DNA of 61,672 bases, filler included, from Choristocarpus tenellus KU-1152 (taxonomy: Eukaryota; Protista; Phaeophyceae), in assembly GCA_964200185.2 (NCBI GenBank). It is 9 parts of 9 records of this genome, joined end to end, with 100 filler letters (N's around TTAATTAATTAA, not from the genome) between each part and the next. Parts side by side here need not be neighbours in the genome. Positions count along the whole stretch, not along the records: positions 1 to 3,502 come from CAXNAD020019596.1; positions 3,603 to 9,644 come from CAXNAD020009088.1; positions 9,745 to 12,303 come from CAXNAD020026781.1; 6 more parts are not named here. One strand, written 5' to 3'. Below the pieces are notes generated by a model. It was not told where the DNA came from. It saw only the letters and a program-made list of their open reading frames with translations, and ran no database searches. A program made the translations under genes and the position numbers. This document shows, one piece after another, positions 1-12,403 of this stretch (positions are counted from its first letter, which is position 1; every line of letters starts with the position of its first letter).

Positions 1-3000
1 CCCACCCTTACCCCACCCATCAATGAAACCTATCTTTGATGGGAAAATCAAATGCCTGTAGAGGGGTGGATACATGGGCAGAAGCTGCACGATGCTCCCT
101 TGACGAGAGGAGCATTTCACATTCAGTTGAAGCCCCTGGAAGTGCCACTGCCCCAGAGCTAGACCCAGCACTGGCCCCAGCATCAACCGCAGCTGTGGAG
201 CCTAATCTGGGCGATTCACTTGCCATGTCCTCTACCCTATCTCTGGCTATGACGCAGTCCTCAGAAGCCTCGAAGTCATCTCCAGGGTCGCCACCAGGGC
301 CGTCACAGTCGCTAGACTCGCAGGTATCCCCAATGGTGGCTCCTGCCCTCCTTCCTTCAGTTTTGGGCCCTCCTAAAGCTGTCTCTCCTCCGGAAGTTTG
401 TATGCAACGGGGTGAACTGGTGGGGGGTGGGGGTGGGGGCAGAATAGCACCAGGTATTGCAGGAGCCCAAGATGAGGAGGGAGAGGGAGGAAGCGAGGGA
501 CTGATGCTGGCCAGTCTGTCCGCTGACAGGATACGCCTGGGTGTTCTTGCTGCCGATATGTCGTGCTTTAAGGTCGCAAACCCTCGGAGCGTCCTGGCAG
601 ACTTTCTGCGCTGGTATTCTCCTGCAAATTGGCTGGTGAGGAGACGGAAGTCATTTCTTTCTTTCTCGTGGGGCAGGGGGAGGGTTGGGGTTGGGGTTGG
701 GGTTAGGGTTAGGGTTAGGGTCTACTCGTTTTTGAGGAGCGTTTTTTGTTTTTGTTTTGTGCCAGGTGGTGGTATATTTTTATTTTCGACACCTTGTTAA
801 TTGTCGTAGTCGTATAGTCTTGTTGAGGGGTTAGGGTTGGGGTTAGGGTTAGGGTTAGGGTTAGGGTTAGGGTTAGGGTTAGGGTTAGGGTTGAGCGGAA
901 GGGGGCTTATTTAGGGGGTGTTAAAAGGAGGGGCATATGACTGTGAAGGGAGTCAAGTGAGTGGTGGAGGGGGAACAGGGTTATAGGGGCCTTGTTTATT
1001 TGAGTGCAGAGGAGTTGCTCGGGAGGTACTTGTGTGGTTCCAAGTTGAAGTGTCCATGATTGTAGTGAGAATTGTCTCTCCCCTACTGCAGTTGGCGAGA
1101 ACTTAATCCCTCATATACGATTTTAGTTGAGTTGTTGTGGAACTTTTTTTTCAAGTCATTTTGTTTTGAGCAAACTTTGGAGTTTGAAGTACTCGATCGA
1201 TTGTCACTGTGATCTAGTCACGGTGCACACTGGCGGAGAGTGCGATCTGCCTCGCTCTGCGAGCAAAGCGCCCGCGATGAGATCGCACGCACGTTTCATG
1301 TAATTTTTTATTTATTTTTTTGTAACAAATTTAAAATCGCCCCTTGAGTTTTTTACTGGTTTGAATCTTAAAAAGAGAGCGATTTCATCGAATCGTTGGG
1401 ATTAAAAAATATATATTATCACAGCATTTAGTGCGTTGTGCTCTGAAGTGAGATATCACGTGAACTCTTAACTTTGTGAGTAGGTGGGTACTGTATCGTT
1501 GTCGTATCGTGATTTTTTTTTTTGAAGAACTTTAAATTCTTGATTATCTCGTGTGTTCTTACATTCTCTACCGAAAACCTCCTTCCCGAGTGAATTGATC
1601 CAATCCCTTGGAGTAACATTTCTTTTCTTTTTTTTCTTGATAAAAAAAAATCAAACGACAGCCTGAAGCCCCGGGTTCAGGTCCAGTCTCAGCGCCGTCC
1701 CAGCAGACTTCCCCACCATCAGCAAACCTCGCTCGAGTGGTGATGAAAAAAGCCTCTAGCCTCCGGAAAGGGATTGATAAAGCCAGGGGGGGGAAGGGGG
1801 GAGAAGTACAAGAGGAGGGTCAGGACAATGACCTCCGATTGGTCTGGCCCGGGCACGGCAGGGTCGTGTGGGAGACATCATGGGGTGTACCTCCTCCTCA
1901 ACCTCCTCAACCTCCCCCTCCTCCTCCTCCTCCTCCTGCCAGTTCCCCATCCCTGCCAATTTCAGGGGCATCACTTCCTCATAACAGGTGGAGGAAGAGG
2001 GGCGATGATGGAAAGGGACAGAGGAAGTGGAAGGGGGTTGGGGGGAGGGGGACGGTTGAGCATCGAGATTCCATGGTTAAGCGCGACGGGGATCAGGAAG
2101 AGGGGAATGGGGGAGGGGGAGGGGGAGAGGGGGTTGGCGATATAGTGGAGGGGAAAGTGAACCATGAAGGGGGGGAAGAGGGAGGAGGAGAAGGAGACGG
2201 CGATGAAGGGCGGCAAGTGGATGGGTTGTGGCTGGAGGGATGGGCGGGGGTGTGGTTGCGAGCTCCAGCGATTGCGACAGCGGCCATGAAGCCTCTGTTT
2301 GCTGGGGCCCAGGTTTGTACCTTTTTGTTTTTATTTTATCCACTTTTATTTGTTTTTCTATTTTATTCTTTTATTTATTTTTTGGTGGTGTACTGCTGTT
2401 ACTAGTAGTTTTGCTACTACTGCTACTAGGTTTGGGATCGGTTTTGAACTTGAGAATNNNNNNNNNTTTTTTTTTTTCTTTTTTTTTTTTTTTTTCTTTT
2501 TTTTGGTTTGGTTTTTTTTTTGGTGTTGAGAATTATAAAAAAAAAAGTGTACAGTTTTTTTTTTTCAAGTTATTTTCCTGGAATATTTCTAGGATGGGAT
2601 ATAATGAGTGATGTGTGAATCTTGGTTAGAATGACAAGTGTGCACCTGTTTTGGCACGATAAGGAGGCGTGTGTATATTCATGTATGTATGTATGTATGT
2701 ATGTGTGTGTGTATGGCACAGTAGGCACGCAATGGAATTTCTTATTTTTTGTGAAGTTTGCATTATTCTTTTTGTGGGTTAAAATGTGTTTAGAAAGTGG
2801 TGAAGTGACTTGTTTTTGTTTGTTTGTTTGTTTGTGTGTATGTGTGTTGATTGTCAATGTTATGCTAGTTTATATGGTGTGATTCACCTATGTGTCTTCT
2901 CCTGGAGTGGATTTAGGGTTAGGGATGGGCTTTGATGTTGTACTTATGGTCGGGTTTTATGAAGAGGAAAGGCGCTAAGGTCCCCCTAGTGTCCCCCCCC

Positions 3001-3188
3001 CCTCCACCAAGCACATACCATTTCATTCTATTTCTTCCCTAATGCATATTTCCCTTTTGGGTTTGATTTACTAGGAAGCCGAAAAGGTGCTGCATTACCT
3101 AGAAACTATAGGGCCGGCTACCCTCATTGGACAGCTCTTGGCAGCACATGCCAGCTTGTGTGAGGTCCTATTGAGGGAAGCAGAGACG
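1..3188 (+). CDS. RAB3GAP1: Rab3 GTPase-activating protein catalytic subunit, partial; exons <1-635, 1662-2312, 3075-3188
   Basis: Motifs LAADMSCFKVANPRSVLADFLRWYSPANW and WLRAPA..KPLF..EAEKVLHYLE match the conserved Rab3GAP1 blocks (SDMxxFKAANP..DFVRWYSPxDW; PLFD..EAEKVLHYL). GT-AG introns join the exons in phase 0. Confidence 0.9.
829..892 (+). repeat. Interstitial telomere-type (TTAGGG)n tract, longest of many intronic tracts
   Basis: About 10 units inside the first visible Rab3GAP intron. Confidence 0.95.
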
Positions 3189-3502
3189 GTGAGAGGAGGG
3201 GAGGGATTTCTTTTTTGTATATTAGATGAAGATCAAAACAAGTTTTTGTTTGTGTATGTTTGTTTTATGAATTTTTAGGGGGACAGTGAAACGCCTCTTC
3301 ACCTCTTTTTTAATATTTGATTGAAGATTTTTCCGTCTATGTATCTCTCAGGCTGTTTTGTACATGTTGTCATTTTCTACTTTTTCCCCCGATATTATTT
3401 AGAAGGATATGTAAGTTGTTGTTTTTTTTGTTGTTGGGGGGGGGGGGAGGGGGAGGAGGAGCGTCAGGAACTATTGTATTTCCAATACCCGCTCATAAGT
3501 GG

Positions 3503-3602
3503 NNNNNNNNNNNNNNNNNNNNNNNNNNNNNNNNNNNNNNNNNNNNTTAATTAATTAANNNNNNNNNNNNNNNNNNNNNNNNNNNNNNNNNNNNNNNNNN
3601 NN
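3503..3602. other. Artificial 100-nt contig spacer (also 9645-9744, 12304-12403, 37482-37581, 45488-45587, 48264-48363, 55125-55224, 58097-58196)
   Basis: Identical N44-TTAATTAATTAA-N44 each time, with stops in all frames. Confidence 0.97.
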
Positions 3603-3686
3603 CTTGTGTTTTGTTTTTTTTTTTTCCTCTCCTCCCTTTTTCGTGTCCCCTCTTTCTTTCTGACCCCCCCCCCCCCTCCCGGACAG

Positions 3687-6600
3687 GTGGATCTCCTAGA
3701 AGCGAGGAGGCTTTCCTTGGAACAGGAGTGTCACACACTGGAGGTACGTGTAGGGGAAAAGAGGTCCAATATTGGTGAAGAGGGACTCAGCGAGGAGACG
3801 GATGACGTGCTTCATAAGAGGCTGGAGGAGTTTGATCAGAAGATGGAGCGGAATGTGAGAGGTAGTTGAAGAGCGGGGAGGGGGCTGGCTAGGTTGGGGT
3901 TTGATTTTAGGTTGGGGACAGTGGGCATGCGGAAGTGAGGTCGTGGAGATATTTCAGACTTCGGAGGGGGATGTTGGAAATGAGTGTTTTCATTTTTTTT
4001 ATTCATGTTTAACAAAAAAAAAGAAGTGCTTTTTCTTTTGTATTGCTATAATTTTACTTTTCGTTTTTTGTTTCTGAATTTCGGGAGGTTTGGGTCTACA
4101 TAAATGTATTATATATACATATTTATATACCTAGCAATTTCCAGTGCATTTAACACGGTGTGTATATTTTTTTATTGAATGCTGTTGAGATATTTTTTGT
4201 GCAGGGGTGATGTTAGTGATGTTCGGGGTTAGTGTTGAGATATGATGATCTTTGTATGGATAAAGAGACCCAAGGCGTGTATGATCAGGAACTGATCCAA
4301 GTTTTCTGTGGTGAGTTTTACGCATAGGATAGAGATGCCACTGAACTTTGGTCCTGGATGTGGAGGTGAGGCCTCTGAATCAGGCGACGAGAAGGGGGGT
4401 GGTGTGGGGGGATGGATTAAGAATGTTGCTTCTTTGCATTTAATCTGTGCGCTTGCGTTCTTCGTGGGTGTTTGACACACTTGGTGGACCGCTTACATCT
4501 CGTTGCTTCTTGAGCTCGAGATGGACATTGGTTCTTTTCCCCCCTCCTCCTCATCCCTTCGCGGCCTTTTTGAATCTCTTCCTACCCCTGGGTGTTCCAG
4601 TTCGCGGTCGTGTGATGTCTCTTGACAAGCTCTCGATTTGGATTTGTCGGTTCGTTTGAACTCTCTTTTTTTTTTTTCATCATTAGTACCCCCGCAAAAA
4701 ATGATAAAATGTGTCTACACCTACCCTTAGGCTTTGAAACTGCAGGTCTGTTACGGATACCCCTTAGTGTTCACTAAAATCAACATGATTCATCAATCCC
4801 CTTTTCTAATTTCTCCCTTTCCCCCTACACCACTGTTAGCTTTGTCTGTTCATTTGATTTTTTTTCTTTTTTATACTTGTAGTGCTCCCCCCAAGAATGT
4901 TATAATCTACACCGGCCCTTAGACTTTGAAACTGCAAATCTGTTGCAGATACCCTTAGTGTTCATCAATTTCCTTCCCTAAATTCTCTCTTTTCCCCTCC
5001 CCCACTGATCCTCTGTTCTACTCCACTGCACCTTGTGCTATCCCCCCCCACCCCCCCGCTGAATGAATGCCTGTGCATGATATGTGTATTCTTGTACCCT
5101 CTGGTTTCGAGGAACCACCAGGCCCAGCAGATTCGTTTTTTTTCTGATGAGGTGGATGCATGCAGGGAGAAGGCTGAGGCAGCCAAGAGGAGGAAAGACA
5201 AGCTCACGGGGGAGAGGGGAGGTTTAAAGGCCAAGCTGCAGCACCAGGTGCGTCCTTACTGAAGCCCGAGCTACATAGAAAAATGTGTGTTGTGTTGCCT
5301 GTGTTGTGGCTACTGCGATCGAGTTGAAGTTCTACAGGGTATAATTGACTACTTGTTTGGTCATTGAGACTCACCCACCTACATGCGATTGGGAAGAACA
5401 CACAGCAATGACAAGTCCCTTTGTAATTAGTTGTTGTTATTGTTGTAACTGCAGCTGAAAATTGTTTGTAACTGTCGCAGAAAAAAAAAGACGTAACTGA
5501 AGGGTGCTTCTGTGTGAGAATAATAATATGCTATCTGGGAGTGCTTTTTTTAGGGAGTGACTAGGAATATATTTTCCATATACAGAGAAAGTTCTTGCAG
5601 TAAGCGCAAGCGATACTCCACTTCTCCACCCCCACAGAAGCTGACCCGCCTTTAGGTTAATAGAGAAACGCTTTCCCCTGCAAATGTATCATGCTTGACT
5701 GTTGTCCTTTGTACCACCACCACTCTCCGGATATCTCCCTCGCCCCCCTGTCATTCCTCACCCTCTGCCCTGGTAATGGTCGCTGCAGCAAGTGCTTCTG
5801 AAAGAGCGGGATGAGATGATGGAAAGCCTATCGAGGCGCTATAATATTTTCAATCCAGCAGGCTCATCTACCCATGTGACTGGAGCGTCTGCATCTGCAG
5901 GTGTGTGTGTGTGTGCGTGTGTGTGTTAAAAAAAAAAAGAGTCTAGTGGTATGCTATTATATATACTTTATATTAAATCCCTTGTACAAACTGGTTTGAG
6001 TACATTAGTACCTGTTTCTTGGGGAAGGACCCTGACCCTGATTTGTTTTTTTTGTATTGGGTTTGTTTAGGCTATTTTTTGAAAATTTTAAATATTTAAC
6101 TTTTGGTTGGCCTTTTTCGAGGCACGCCTTCGTGTAAGGGACAACAAAAAACAAAGGTCTGACTTGATATATACATAGGCGTGTGTGATGGGACTGAGAT
6201 GCTGTTTTACGTCCAGGACGAGATGGATCTGCTTTGCTGGGACGCTTTGGCTCTCAAGATGTGGATGCATTCCGTAAAGCCCTGCTTAACGCTGTCTCTG
6301 ATGCTAGGCAATCTCTCCAGGAGGTGCAAGCTAGGACAAGGCAGGAGGTATGTAATTGGTGCCTTGCACTGCTAATAATACAATCTCCTCATACCATTGA
6401 TAGCCCTCTATTGTATATCCCCTAATTTACTTGAGGCAGGAGAGTATGTATCCCCTTCCTCCTACCTCTCTCTACTATGCCATGTTTCATCCTCAATAGG
6501 TTGTATCCGCCCCCTCGAAACTGTGTCAAGCGGACCACATCTTTTGATATGGCACCTGCAGAGTCCTTCCCCCCTCCCTTGCCCCCCATCAACATTATCG

Positions 6601-6908
6601 TTTTGCAGCATTCCTCCCTGTGTCCATTCACATCTTCCTATCGCACACCTCGTGTGTCCAAGTACCCTCACTGACCCTGTGACAACAGCTGAGAACACTT
6701 GCTGACTGTCAATGGGTTGTGGCGGTGTAGGTTCAAATCCAAACATCATATCGTTCATGATTGTCACAATCAGTTGTATCCCCCTTTCAACTCCAGCAAC
6801 CCTGAGCCCCACTCTGCCCCCAGCATAATAAATACTTGAGATATCCGCCTTTCATTGTATCCATCACTGGACCCTCCTCCAGAATTGTACCTCTGTGCAC
6901 AATACTCT

Positions 6909-6949
<41 letters not shown>

Positions 6950-9576
6950 TTGCCATCTGACCATCGAAGTATTTTCATGCTGTTGGCCTGCCTGCACCTC
7001 TGTTCTCAACCTCTTTTTTTATTATTATGAAAGAATTGCCTTTTTTTGGAGTGGGATGAAGTGTGCTAACCCCCCAAGAACCGAGTGTCAATTTCTGGTG
7101 ATGTGGGTAGATGACTTATATGGGTCATTGCCACGTCCCAAATCGCACGGCTTTGAGCTGTGTGATCTCTCTCTTCCAAAATCTACAGATAAAATCATTC
7201 CAAAAGGGGGGGATTTTTTTTTGTTGCCTAACCTCTTCAAAAATACTTACAGGGTTAGAAGGCGGTATGGGGGGACTGTGTCGTGATGTACTGCTTATGC
7301 ATGTAAAAAAGAAATGGGGCAGCACAACGATAGATAGGTACAGATGTCCACTGTCTCCCATGCAGCAATAACTACTACTTTTAAAATGTAAATACTATTA
7401 ATTTTTTTTAACATACACGTGGTGTTGTGAATTGAAAAAAGGTTTGACAGGCAGAGATTGTTTCGGATCCAAACCTTTCCAAGATGTGTGTACTCTGATA
7501 TAATGTTATTGAGACACCTGCTTGCAGGGCAGCTCGTGAAGGCACTGTACCACTGGGTGGGTAGGTCACACAACTAATGGGGTGATGATGACCTCTGGAT
7601 TCAGTCTGGTAGCTCTCCCAAACTCTGATTTTGTTGAAACGTTGATACAGAACTGCAGCCCTGGGGTAGTATGTCGTGGCAACTGCTGCCCTGGTGGCCC
7701 AGTGGTATATTCAGCCCGGTAGCACCCCCAAACTCTGATTTTGTTGAAACGTTGATACAGAACTGCAGCCCTGGGGTAGTATGTCGTGGCAACTGCTGTG
7801 CTGGTGGCCCAGTGGTATATTCAGCCCGGTAGCACCCCCAACCTCTGATTTTGTTGTAATGTTGATATAACACTGTAACCCTGAGGTGGTATGTTGTGGC
7901 AACTGCTGCCCTGGTGGCCCAGTGGTATACACCATCATCTTGGCGTTTGGTCCTGCACTGCATGGAGATATTGGTTCTGATAGAATACTTACGTAGATTC
8001 ATTGAAAGTTCTTGGGCCGATGTGATTTCTTTTCACAGAGCCTTTTTGTTGGCAGCGTTATTGATAGTATTTTTTTGTTGTTGAAAGCGTTGGGTGTTTG
8101 CTTGTCATGCTCATTTATTTGTTGATACTATTCACTATCCCCCCCAAAAAAATTCCGGTATGCATTTGACACTATTTATTATTTTTTTGTGATATTTGTT
8201 TTTATTTATTGATGCTCTTCATTATTTATTGACCGCTACTATTAATCACTTGCTGATGATAATATCATTAGTGCTAGTTCGTAGTATTCATCGAAGTGCC
8301 CTAAGTGCTGAACGATATGACACGCTGTAGGTAAATGATAAATTATAGAATAGAAAACAAGAACAAGAACAAGAACAAGAACAAGAACAAGAACAAGAAC
8401 AAGAACAAGCACAAGAACAAGAACAAGAACAAGAACAAGAACAAGAACAAGAACAAGAACAAGCACAAGAACAAGAACAAGAACAAGAAGAAGCACAAGA
8501 ACAAGAACAAGAACAAGCACAAGAACAAGAACAAGAACAAGAACAAGAACAAGAACAAGAACAAGAACAAGAACAAGAACAAGAACAAGAACAAGAACAA
8601 GAACAAGAACAAGCACAAGAACAAGAACAAGAACAAGCAGTGCGCACATGCGTAATGTGTGTGAGAAACTAACCAATCCAATCGAACCCCTCTTCATCTC
8701 TGTGTCTGTAGCTCTTGGAATTTGATTGAAGTGCTGTTATCGTCGCACTACCTTCGAAATGCTCCCTCAATATATCTTACGGCATTACGGGAAAATCTTG
8801 AAGAAAATTGTTATGGTGCTGGTGGTGTGAATGCGTACTGTTGGCTAGATGTGTTGAACAGGCTATATTTCCATTGGTGAAAACACCGTGCGACTGTTCA
8901 AGATTACTCAGTACTTTGAGCATGCCCAGCCCACATCAAAATTTTGTGTTCTTTGCTATACTGTGGCAGGAGGATGCCCTTCAGATGGAGATCAATAAGC
9001 TGCAGCTAGAGCAACGCACCACTGCTGGTTCTGTGAGGAGCAAGGAGCAGGAGATTAACCAAGTGCAGGTGGGTGTGCCTGGGTGAGGGCGTGGGTTGGA
9101 GGGTGGGAGGGAAAAGAAGCAAAAAATGAGTAGTATGTATGTATCGCCCCTCCTGTCTACACCATGGGTTGGCTTTTTTGCTTATTTTTCAACTTTGTAT
9201 GCACTGTAGAGTATCAAGTATTTTATTTTTATTGATATACAAAGTAGTGCAGTGTCCACGTTTCAGGTACAACATCCTTGTACTACAATAGTTGACACTT
9301 AAAAAAAATAAAACCTACGTCCTAAGACTTTGGGGCTAACACCCTTATCCTAACCCATAACCCTATCCCTAACCCTAACCCTAACCCTAACCCTGTCCCG
9401 TAACTCTGATCCTATTCCTACTCCATTCTCCTCCCCCCTCTTTCACCTCTACATGGGACGCAGCGAGAAGCCGAGTCACTGGCACAGACCTCTGGGGGCA
9501 GCCAGAGTCAGTCAGGTGTGTTCAGTGTGGCCAAGCTGGAGAGGGATGTCAAGGGGGCTGAGGAAGCTGCAGAAAA
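3687..9576 (+). CDS. RAD50: DNA repair protein RAD50, N-terminal coiled-coil arm, partial; exons 3687-3854, 5122-5247, 5789-5900, 6217-6347, 8970-9068, 9464-9576
   Basis: The spliced peptide (EETDDVLHKRLEEFDQ...KLTGERGGLKAKLQHQQVLLKERDEMMESLSRRY...GRFGSQDVDAFRKALL...EDALQMEINKL) is colinear by eye with the RAD50 segment TDEQL...LLVEQGRLQ...RDSLIQSLA...FSERQIKNF. Exon phases are compatible. The ATPase and zinc-hook motifs are not in the window. Confidence 0.75.
7600..7930. repeat. Tandem repeat, 110-bp unit, about 3 copies, in RAD50 intron
   Basis: AACTCTGATTTTGTTG recurs at 7621 and 7731, with a 1-nt variant at 7841. Confidence 0.95.
8356..8639. repeat. (AAGAAC)n microsatellite with AAGCAC variants
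   Basis: Directly visible, ~285 bp. Confidence 0.98.
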
Positions 9577-9793
9577 GTGAGTCAGTTCTCCCCCCCCCTT
9601 TCCCCCCCGATGCAGATATGGCAGTGTGTGTTGCTTTGATGTTTNNNNNNNNNNNNNNNNNNNNNNNNNNNNNNNNNNNNNNNNNNNNTTAATTAATTAA
9701 NNNNNNNNNNNNNNNNNNNNNNNNNNNNNNNNNNNNNNNNNNNNCCCCGTGCCCCTTCCTCCAACGTGCTCGTGGCTGTCGGGGGTCCCATAG

Positions 9794-11428
9794 GTGCCCT
9801 GGAGTGTGAACATGATTGCTCTGGACTTCTTGTCGGAGGCTGTGAAAGATAAGGAGTACCTCAGGTGTCAGTGGAAGAGAGAGTAGCTACAGATCACCCT
9901 TGATCATATGATCATATTATATATTTTTTGCAAGTCGAGAGTAATATTGATGGAGTTTGTAGTATGTGTGAGCGCGGCGTGTTTGTGCTGTTGGACTCAG
10001 GCAGGCGTGGTATTTTAGGTGCCTTGCCTTTCCACTTCCTTTTTAATTTTTTTTTCAAAGGATGATTATTCTGTACTCCTGCATAGTTAGGTCCAGCTTC
10101 TGAACGGGGAAAAAAAAAACATGCTCAGGCGACTATGGGGGTTAGGATTAGGGCTATTGATTATACAACAAGTCACCTGAATAAGGATTATTGGTGTGGA
10201 ATGAGCCTTCTGATTGGCTGATTCTTTGTTGCCGTCATCATGAGGGTGGCTCTGAGCACATCTCTGTCAGCTATTTTGGTAACATCTGCGGTCTGATTTG
10301 TTCTAATTCTTGTCTTGTAATAAAACATGTATTGATGGAAATTCATGGTGTAGATTAATAGGGTGGGCCTTCTAATTGGTCAGGTACAATTTTTTTTAAT
10401 TTATTTGGCAGCATGATATATTGGTGGTGACTGATTTGTGGGCTCACTTGCAGTCATGTAGTATGCACATAATTTAGAAAAAAAAACTCATAAGGATAGT
10501 TGATACATCAGGTGAATCAAACTGAGATGCGTTTTGTTGTGAGTCACTTGCTTTGTGGTATAACAAGAGTAAGGTATCACACCGGAGGTACATCTTCCCT
10601 GCAACCTTGCCTTAATTGTAACTGCCTGTGCTGCCAATCACTGTCAAGAGTGCAGAGGAGGCTGTGTATTGACCAGCTTTTTTTTTGCTTCACTCACCAG
10701 TGCTGTACACAACCTTGGATGGCGTTGATGAAACTGTCTTCCCGCTGAGTGTATGTTGCTTGGATGCACTGATGAACCCGCTCTCCTGTTGAGAAGAAAT
10801 CTTTTGGTTCAAGATACGAAACAGTTGAGTAGTTACACCACCACTGGAGGCGTGTTTCTCTTGTGGGAGGTGAGGTGAGGCGAGGCGAGGCGGTGACGAT
10901 GGTGGAGTAAGCAAGCCCTACAGATAGTACTATGGGTGAAACTAAATTTATTAAAACTGTAATTCATGAAAAGTTCTAATTTAACAATTAACAAAAATAG
11001 ATTATTATAAAAAAAAACATTCAATTCATTAAAAAATTTCTGCAGGATTTATAAAAATAAATCATTAAATTTGAATAACGACCAAATTATACCAATTCAA
11101 TTCGATGATGGGAGGTGAGATGAGGTGAGGCGAAGCGGCGATGATGGTGGAGTAAGCAAAAGCCCCGAAGTGTGTTGTTTTGTTTGTGTACAAGGCCCGC
11201 CTTTCCCGTAGATTGTAAATGCAAGGCCCTGTTTATCCTGTTCTGTGTCACTCACCCCCCACTACTCTCTCAGACAGCACTACTGCTCTCTTGGTTATGT
11301 CCCTTTGTAATTATTGCATTGTAATACTGTATGTGTTCAGACGCACGTGGGAACTCACACCTATCTGGAACCAGGAGATGAGGGCAGAGATTGAGGCGCA
11401 GCATCCTACCTGGGTAGTCCATGGACAG
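9794..11428 (+). CDS. Class I/II PLP aminotransferase (histidinol-phosphate aminotransferase / CobD-like), partial; exons 9794-9864, 11341-11428
   Basis: The spliced peptide is VPWSVNMIALDFLSEAVKDKEYLRRTWELTPIWNQEMRAEIEAQHPTWVVHGQ. PWSVN..A....D..YL is typical of the HisC/CobD C-terminal region. The phase-2 intron is consistent. Confidence 0.65.
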
Positions 11429-12228
11429 GTGTGTGGTTTTTGTGAGACAAGTAATGGTTTCTTTGCGCCGGTTTATATATATTTATTATATATATATATA
11501 TTATTTAATTTAATTTTTTTGTGGAATTTTTTTTAGCTGGATCTGATTATTCTGTTATTAAAAAAATAGTGTTACGCAGTAGTAGAAGAGGTGGAGGCGA
11601 GAAAGTGTGACTGAGGATGTTTGAACGAAATATTATGTAACTGTTGCTATGTTGTAAGCTTGGTTGTACAGTTTGGTTGTGCGGTTTGGTTGTGGGTTTA
11701 TGTGCTGTTGGAACGGGCTGGCAGATATCTTCATGGTGGTTGTTAGGTTTGAGTTACACGTTTGTGACGGTAACGGTGATTTACAGCAGCATTATGATAC
11801 AGTGTTGCTGTTATTGACTTGCCACTGTACTTTTCAACAATCGTTGTCTTTTTTTTAAATTTCCGTGGTATTTCGGTTTTGAAGGACTTGGAGATGGGAG
11901 GGTGCATATCCATATGTGTGGGGTACCTTGCTATTTTCCTTTTTTTTCACAGGTAAAACGTCTGTTGCGGGAAAGATATCCCCTGTCAATCTGGGCCTCT
12001 AAGAGCAGGTAGTTTTATCTATCGCCGAGCTAAGTTGAGACTGCTAGTATATTTGACAATCATGCAAGATAATTTATTTATTTCTGCGGTGAGGGGGATT
12101 TGTCAAGAATGTTAACTACTGGGTCTCAGGGCTCGAGCTGCATCGATGATGAAGCAGGAGCCGTGTTTGGTTGATTTGGACACACGCCTGACCAGTGATG
12201 TAGCAGAAAGTCTAATGACGACCCATTA

Positions 12229-12276
<48 letters not shown>

Positions 12277-12403
12277 CCCCCCCTCTCCCCCCGCCGTGTG
12301 CCTNNNNNNNNNNNNNNNNNNNNNNNNNNNNNNNNNNNNNNNNNNNNTTAATTAATTAANNNNNNNNNNNNNNNNNNNNNNNNNNNNNNNNNNNNNNNNN
12401 NNN

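Noticed and set aside
829-892. True chromosome end
   Set aside because: The tract is short and flanked by in-phase exons of one gene.
1219-1440. Possible Transib-like element (CACGGTGCAC...GTGCGTTGTG)
   Set aside because: The inverted match is weak, there is no TSD, and there is no second copy in the window.
7600-8002. CRISPR-like array or repeat protein ORF
   Set aside because: Whole 110-bp units repeat with no unique spacers, the location is intronic and there are no cas genes. The same applies to 35190-35485.
8242-8697. Poly-LV, poly-CS and poly-KN ORFs
   Set aside because: These are translations of the (AAGAAC)n microsatellite inside an intron.
11953-12008. Possible third aminotransferase exon
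   Set aside because: Splice-like signals are present but the peptide does not resemble the expected continuation.
1-12303. Apparent Rab3GAP-RAD50-aminotransferase fusion or gene cluster
   Set aside because: Each fragment is a separate contig truncated at a spacer; adjacency is not evidence of linkage.
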